A stretch of 64,000 nucleotides of DNA. Source: Histomonas meleagridis 2922-C6/04-290x (taxonomy: Eukaryota > Protista > Parabasalia). Location of the stretch: positions 186,001 through 250,000 of the forward strand of contig JAANOX010000042.1 in assembly GCA_020184695.1 (NCBI GenBank). Direction: 5' to 3'. The translations under genes were made by a program, and so were the position numbers. This document shows positions 61,496 to 64,000 of this stretch, piece by piece; the stretch's first letter is position 1, and the number at the start of each line of letters is the position of its first letter. The notes beneath the pieces are model-generated. The model had not been told where the DNA came from. It saw only the letters and a program-made list of their open reading frames with translations, and did not search any database.

Positions 61496-62518
61496 ATGAT
61501 ACTGAATCCAACTTCACAGATCAATCTTTTAGAGATTCAAAAGACATTTCCCGACCACAATTATCATTTTGTAAGCACAATAGGGTCAGGAGGTTTTGGG
61601 TCCATCTTTTTAGTTCGATCGGATAAATATAATTTAAATTTTTGCATCAAAAAAATCAGCCAAACAGAAACATCAATAGACATAACGAAAAACGAAGCGA
61701 CGACATTAGTTCGCTTATGCCATCCAAATATAATATCAATGTATGAATTTTTTTATGATGATAGTTTCACAAGTTTATATATTGTGTTAGAATATTGTAG
61801 CGGTGGTTCTCTTCGTGATTTAGTCATTAAAGAAGGGCCAATAAAATCGCCAAAATTATATTCATATTGTTACCAAATAATTAACGCGCTTTTACATTGC
61901 CACGAACAAAACATTGCGCACAGAGATATAAAACCTTCAAATATTCTATTAGATAATTATGGGAGGCCAAAACTCGCAGATTTCGGACTGAGCAAAATGT
62001 TAGAAAGGGGAAAAAACATTAAAAGTAACGCAGGATCGCATCAGTTTATGGCGCCCGAAATTATTTCGAGTGTGGAATATGACCCGTTTTTGGCGGATGT
62101 TTGGTCTCTCGGTATAACGTTTTATGTAATCGCATTTGGTAAACTTCCGTGGACATATCATAACGTGGAAGAATTAGATGTTGCGATAAAATCAGGAATT
62201 TTCACATTCCCTTCGTACGCTGATAGGGAATTTTGTATGTTAATTAGAGCAATGACAAATGTTAACCCATTAAAAAGAGAGCCATTGGCAAAACTTATTA
62301 ATTACCCTGTTTTTAAGAACATAACAAAATATAGTTACGCGTCAATGAGCCACAAGAAAGTTGGTAACATAATAACAAATAAAAGATCAGAAATTGAAGT
62401 GCCATCATCGGTATCTCATGGCACAATTTTATGTAATAGGACAAACAATAAACTTTATTTGCTGAAAAAGCAAGAATTGAAGCGTAATATCAAAGTAGTT
62501 CGGACTTTTGCTGATTAA
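61496..62518 (+). CDS. CAMK-family Ser/Thr protein kinase
   Basis: IGSGGFG, HRDIKPSN, DFG, FMAPE and DVWSLG. ATG 61496 is in frame with the ORF. Confidence 0.93.
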   Translation: MILNPTSQINLLEIQKTFPDHNYHFVSTIGSGGFGSIFLVRSDKYNLNFCIKKISQTETSIDITKNEATTLVRLCHPNIISMYEFFYDDSFTSLYIVLEYCSGGSLRDLVIKEGPIKSPKLYSYCYQIINALLHCHEQNIAHRDIKPSNILLDNYGRPKLADFGLSKMLERGKNIKSNAGSHQFMAPEIISSVEYDPFLADVWSLGITFYVIAFGKLPWTYHNVEELDVAIKSGIFTFPSYADREFCMLIRAMTNVNPLKREPLAKLINYPVFKNITKYSYASMSHKKVGNIITNKRSEIEVPSSVSHGTILCNRTNNKLYLLKKQELKRNIKVVRTFAD

Positions 62519-62612
62519 GCTTATGTTGAGAAATAAATATGTTATCATGAAAAAACATTATTATGTTATAAATGAGTGACGCTTTGGCTTTGTTTGGAGG
62601 GTAGTATTTCTT

Positions 62613-62984
62613 TTATGTAGTTTTACAAAAATTGTGCGGTATCATGAAATTTGATAAGTATAAAAATTTATAATTATTTGATAGAATCAACAAGAGGAAG
62701 ATGTAGCCACCAGCTTGTTTCTTGGTGTGAATGATTTTTTCCATCAAATGGCACTTTAGCGACAGACACAAAATTGTGCTAACCAATGAGGGGAAAATTG
62801 AATTGAAATTAACTGCTGTTTTGAAATTTGTGAATAGGTGACATGACAAGTTAAAATTTTCCACTTTTTGAACGTATTTAAACAAAAAACTTGTACACAA
62901 AACAATAACAATGAAGAGAAACGCCCATTCAAAACAGCAATTGACACCTTCTTTTTTCTGTAAATGATTTTGTCCCTTAGGCAA
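62613..62984 (-). pseudogene. Possible decayed membrane-transporter fragment
   Basis: Hydrophobic segments and LMEKIIHTKKQAGGYIFLLL loosely resemble an EamA/nucleotide-sugar transporter C-terminal hairpin. The surroundings are fragmented. Confidence 0.2.
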
Positions 62985-64000
62985 GCAGCTTGAAGAAATA
63001 TCACCTTTTTAGGTATTCCCGAAATGAAAAGTTAGTTGTTTATAACAAATCTCATTCTTTCATTGAAACAATTATCATCAAATATTGATTTCATATAGTG
63101 CCTTGTCAAGAATCTGTGTAACAAAATTACTTTGTCCCTTTCTACATCAAATTTTCTTTACAAAATCAATCCAAAAAATTTATTTTTTTTGTTTTGATTG
63201 TATTGCAATGCGATTTAGTTCCCTGAACTTTTACATTTGCGAAAGAGAGGGAACTTGCATATATTTTATGTATTATTTTTATAAATTCAATATTATCGAA
63301 TTTAATTCTGCTTCTGAATCAGAAGTTCTGATTTATTAAGTATAATTAAGTGGTTAAAATAAACAATGTTGTTCTTATTTTAAATATTTTAGAGGAAATA
63401 AATTTAAATCGACTTTAAGGTAATCATAAAATTAAATAACCTAAGGCTGAATGATGATTCTTTTCCTCTCCTTTGCTGAAGCATTGAGACGTGTATATAC
63501 CAGCATGATCATCGTAAACAGATCATCACAAAATATTTTGAAAACATTTATTGACCAAATATCAAATCAATTTACACTTTTTGAATCAACTCCAAAGACA
63601 TGATCAGCATTAATGCTGAGGAAACCCTTCCATATGAAATTAAAAAAAAATAGTTCAGACAGCAAGCAGTTAATGACTATTTGCTGGTTATATTATCTTA
63701 GCAAGAGAAATAAAATCATTGTAAAAGTAATTTATTATTTAAAGATAGTATTTGAATCAAACAACGCATGACTAACTTTTGCAGAAGGAATAGCAGAATA
63801 AAATATACTTTATGGATACAATTCTCCAGCCACTTTAACAGAATATGCAAAACCGCTTATTTTCAATAGCAGTAAACCATTGAAAATGCTACCAGTGATG
63901 TTATGAGCTCCTTAGCCAATCTTCTCTTAGTTCATTTGTTTCTTTGGTTAAAACATCAAGTTTTTCATTCAAACTCTTTAAGGAAAATTGATTTGTAAAT

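Noticed and set aside
63604-63619. 16-bp palindrome TCAGCATTAATGCTGA (12-bp core also at 1102-1113)
   Set aside because: Isolated, with no associated feature; plausible by chance in AT-rich DNA.

Overview
AT-rich eukaryotic nuclear DNA, most likely from a parabasalid (Tritrichomonas/Trichomonas-like). The assignment rests on largely intron-free genes, Inr/M3/M5-type core promoter motifs just upstream of ATGs, and the typical expanded families (BspA-like LRRs, DUF3447-ankyrins, R2R3 Myb, CAMK kinase). About 30 protein genes are supported. Housekeeping and signalling genes include RPL13, RPLP1, CIA2/MIP18, PP1-like, NSUN2/Trm4, PLK, eIF4E, Rab7-like, TTLL, CEP41, Furry/MOR2, importin-beta-like, DENN and C9orf72-like. 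Four genes are bacterial-type LGT candidates: DUF1152, DUF5713, a YqhD-like Fe-ADH and a GldA glycerol dehydrogenase. The most unusual signal is a family of related 60-83 nt AT-rich spacers at the same hairpin position of successive ankyrin repeats, at two loci 40 kb apart. In the main locus every stop and frameshift falls inside a spacer while the repeat-coding blocks stay open, yet the spacers lack conserved GT-AG ends and the parabasalid branch motif, so they are candidate non-canonical introns or recoding elements. Other non-coding signals are a two-hairpin H/ACA-like RNA candidate, a dispersed AT-rich repeat in at least 3 copies, diverged inverted repeats around the Rab gene, and a 4 x 111-bp tandem array. 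No rRNA, tRNA, CRISPR array or autonomous transposon was recognised. All family calls are by eye, without database searches.
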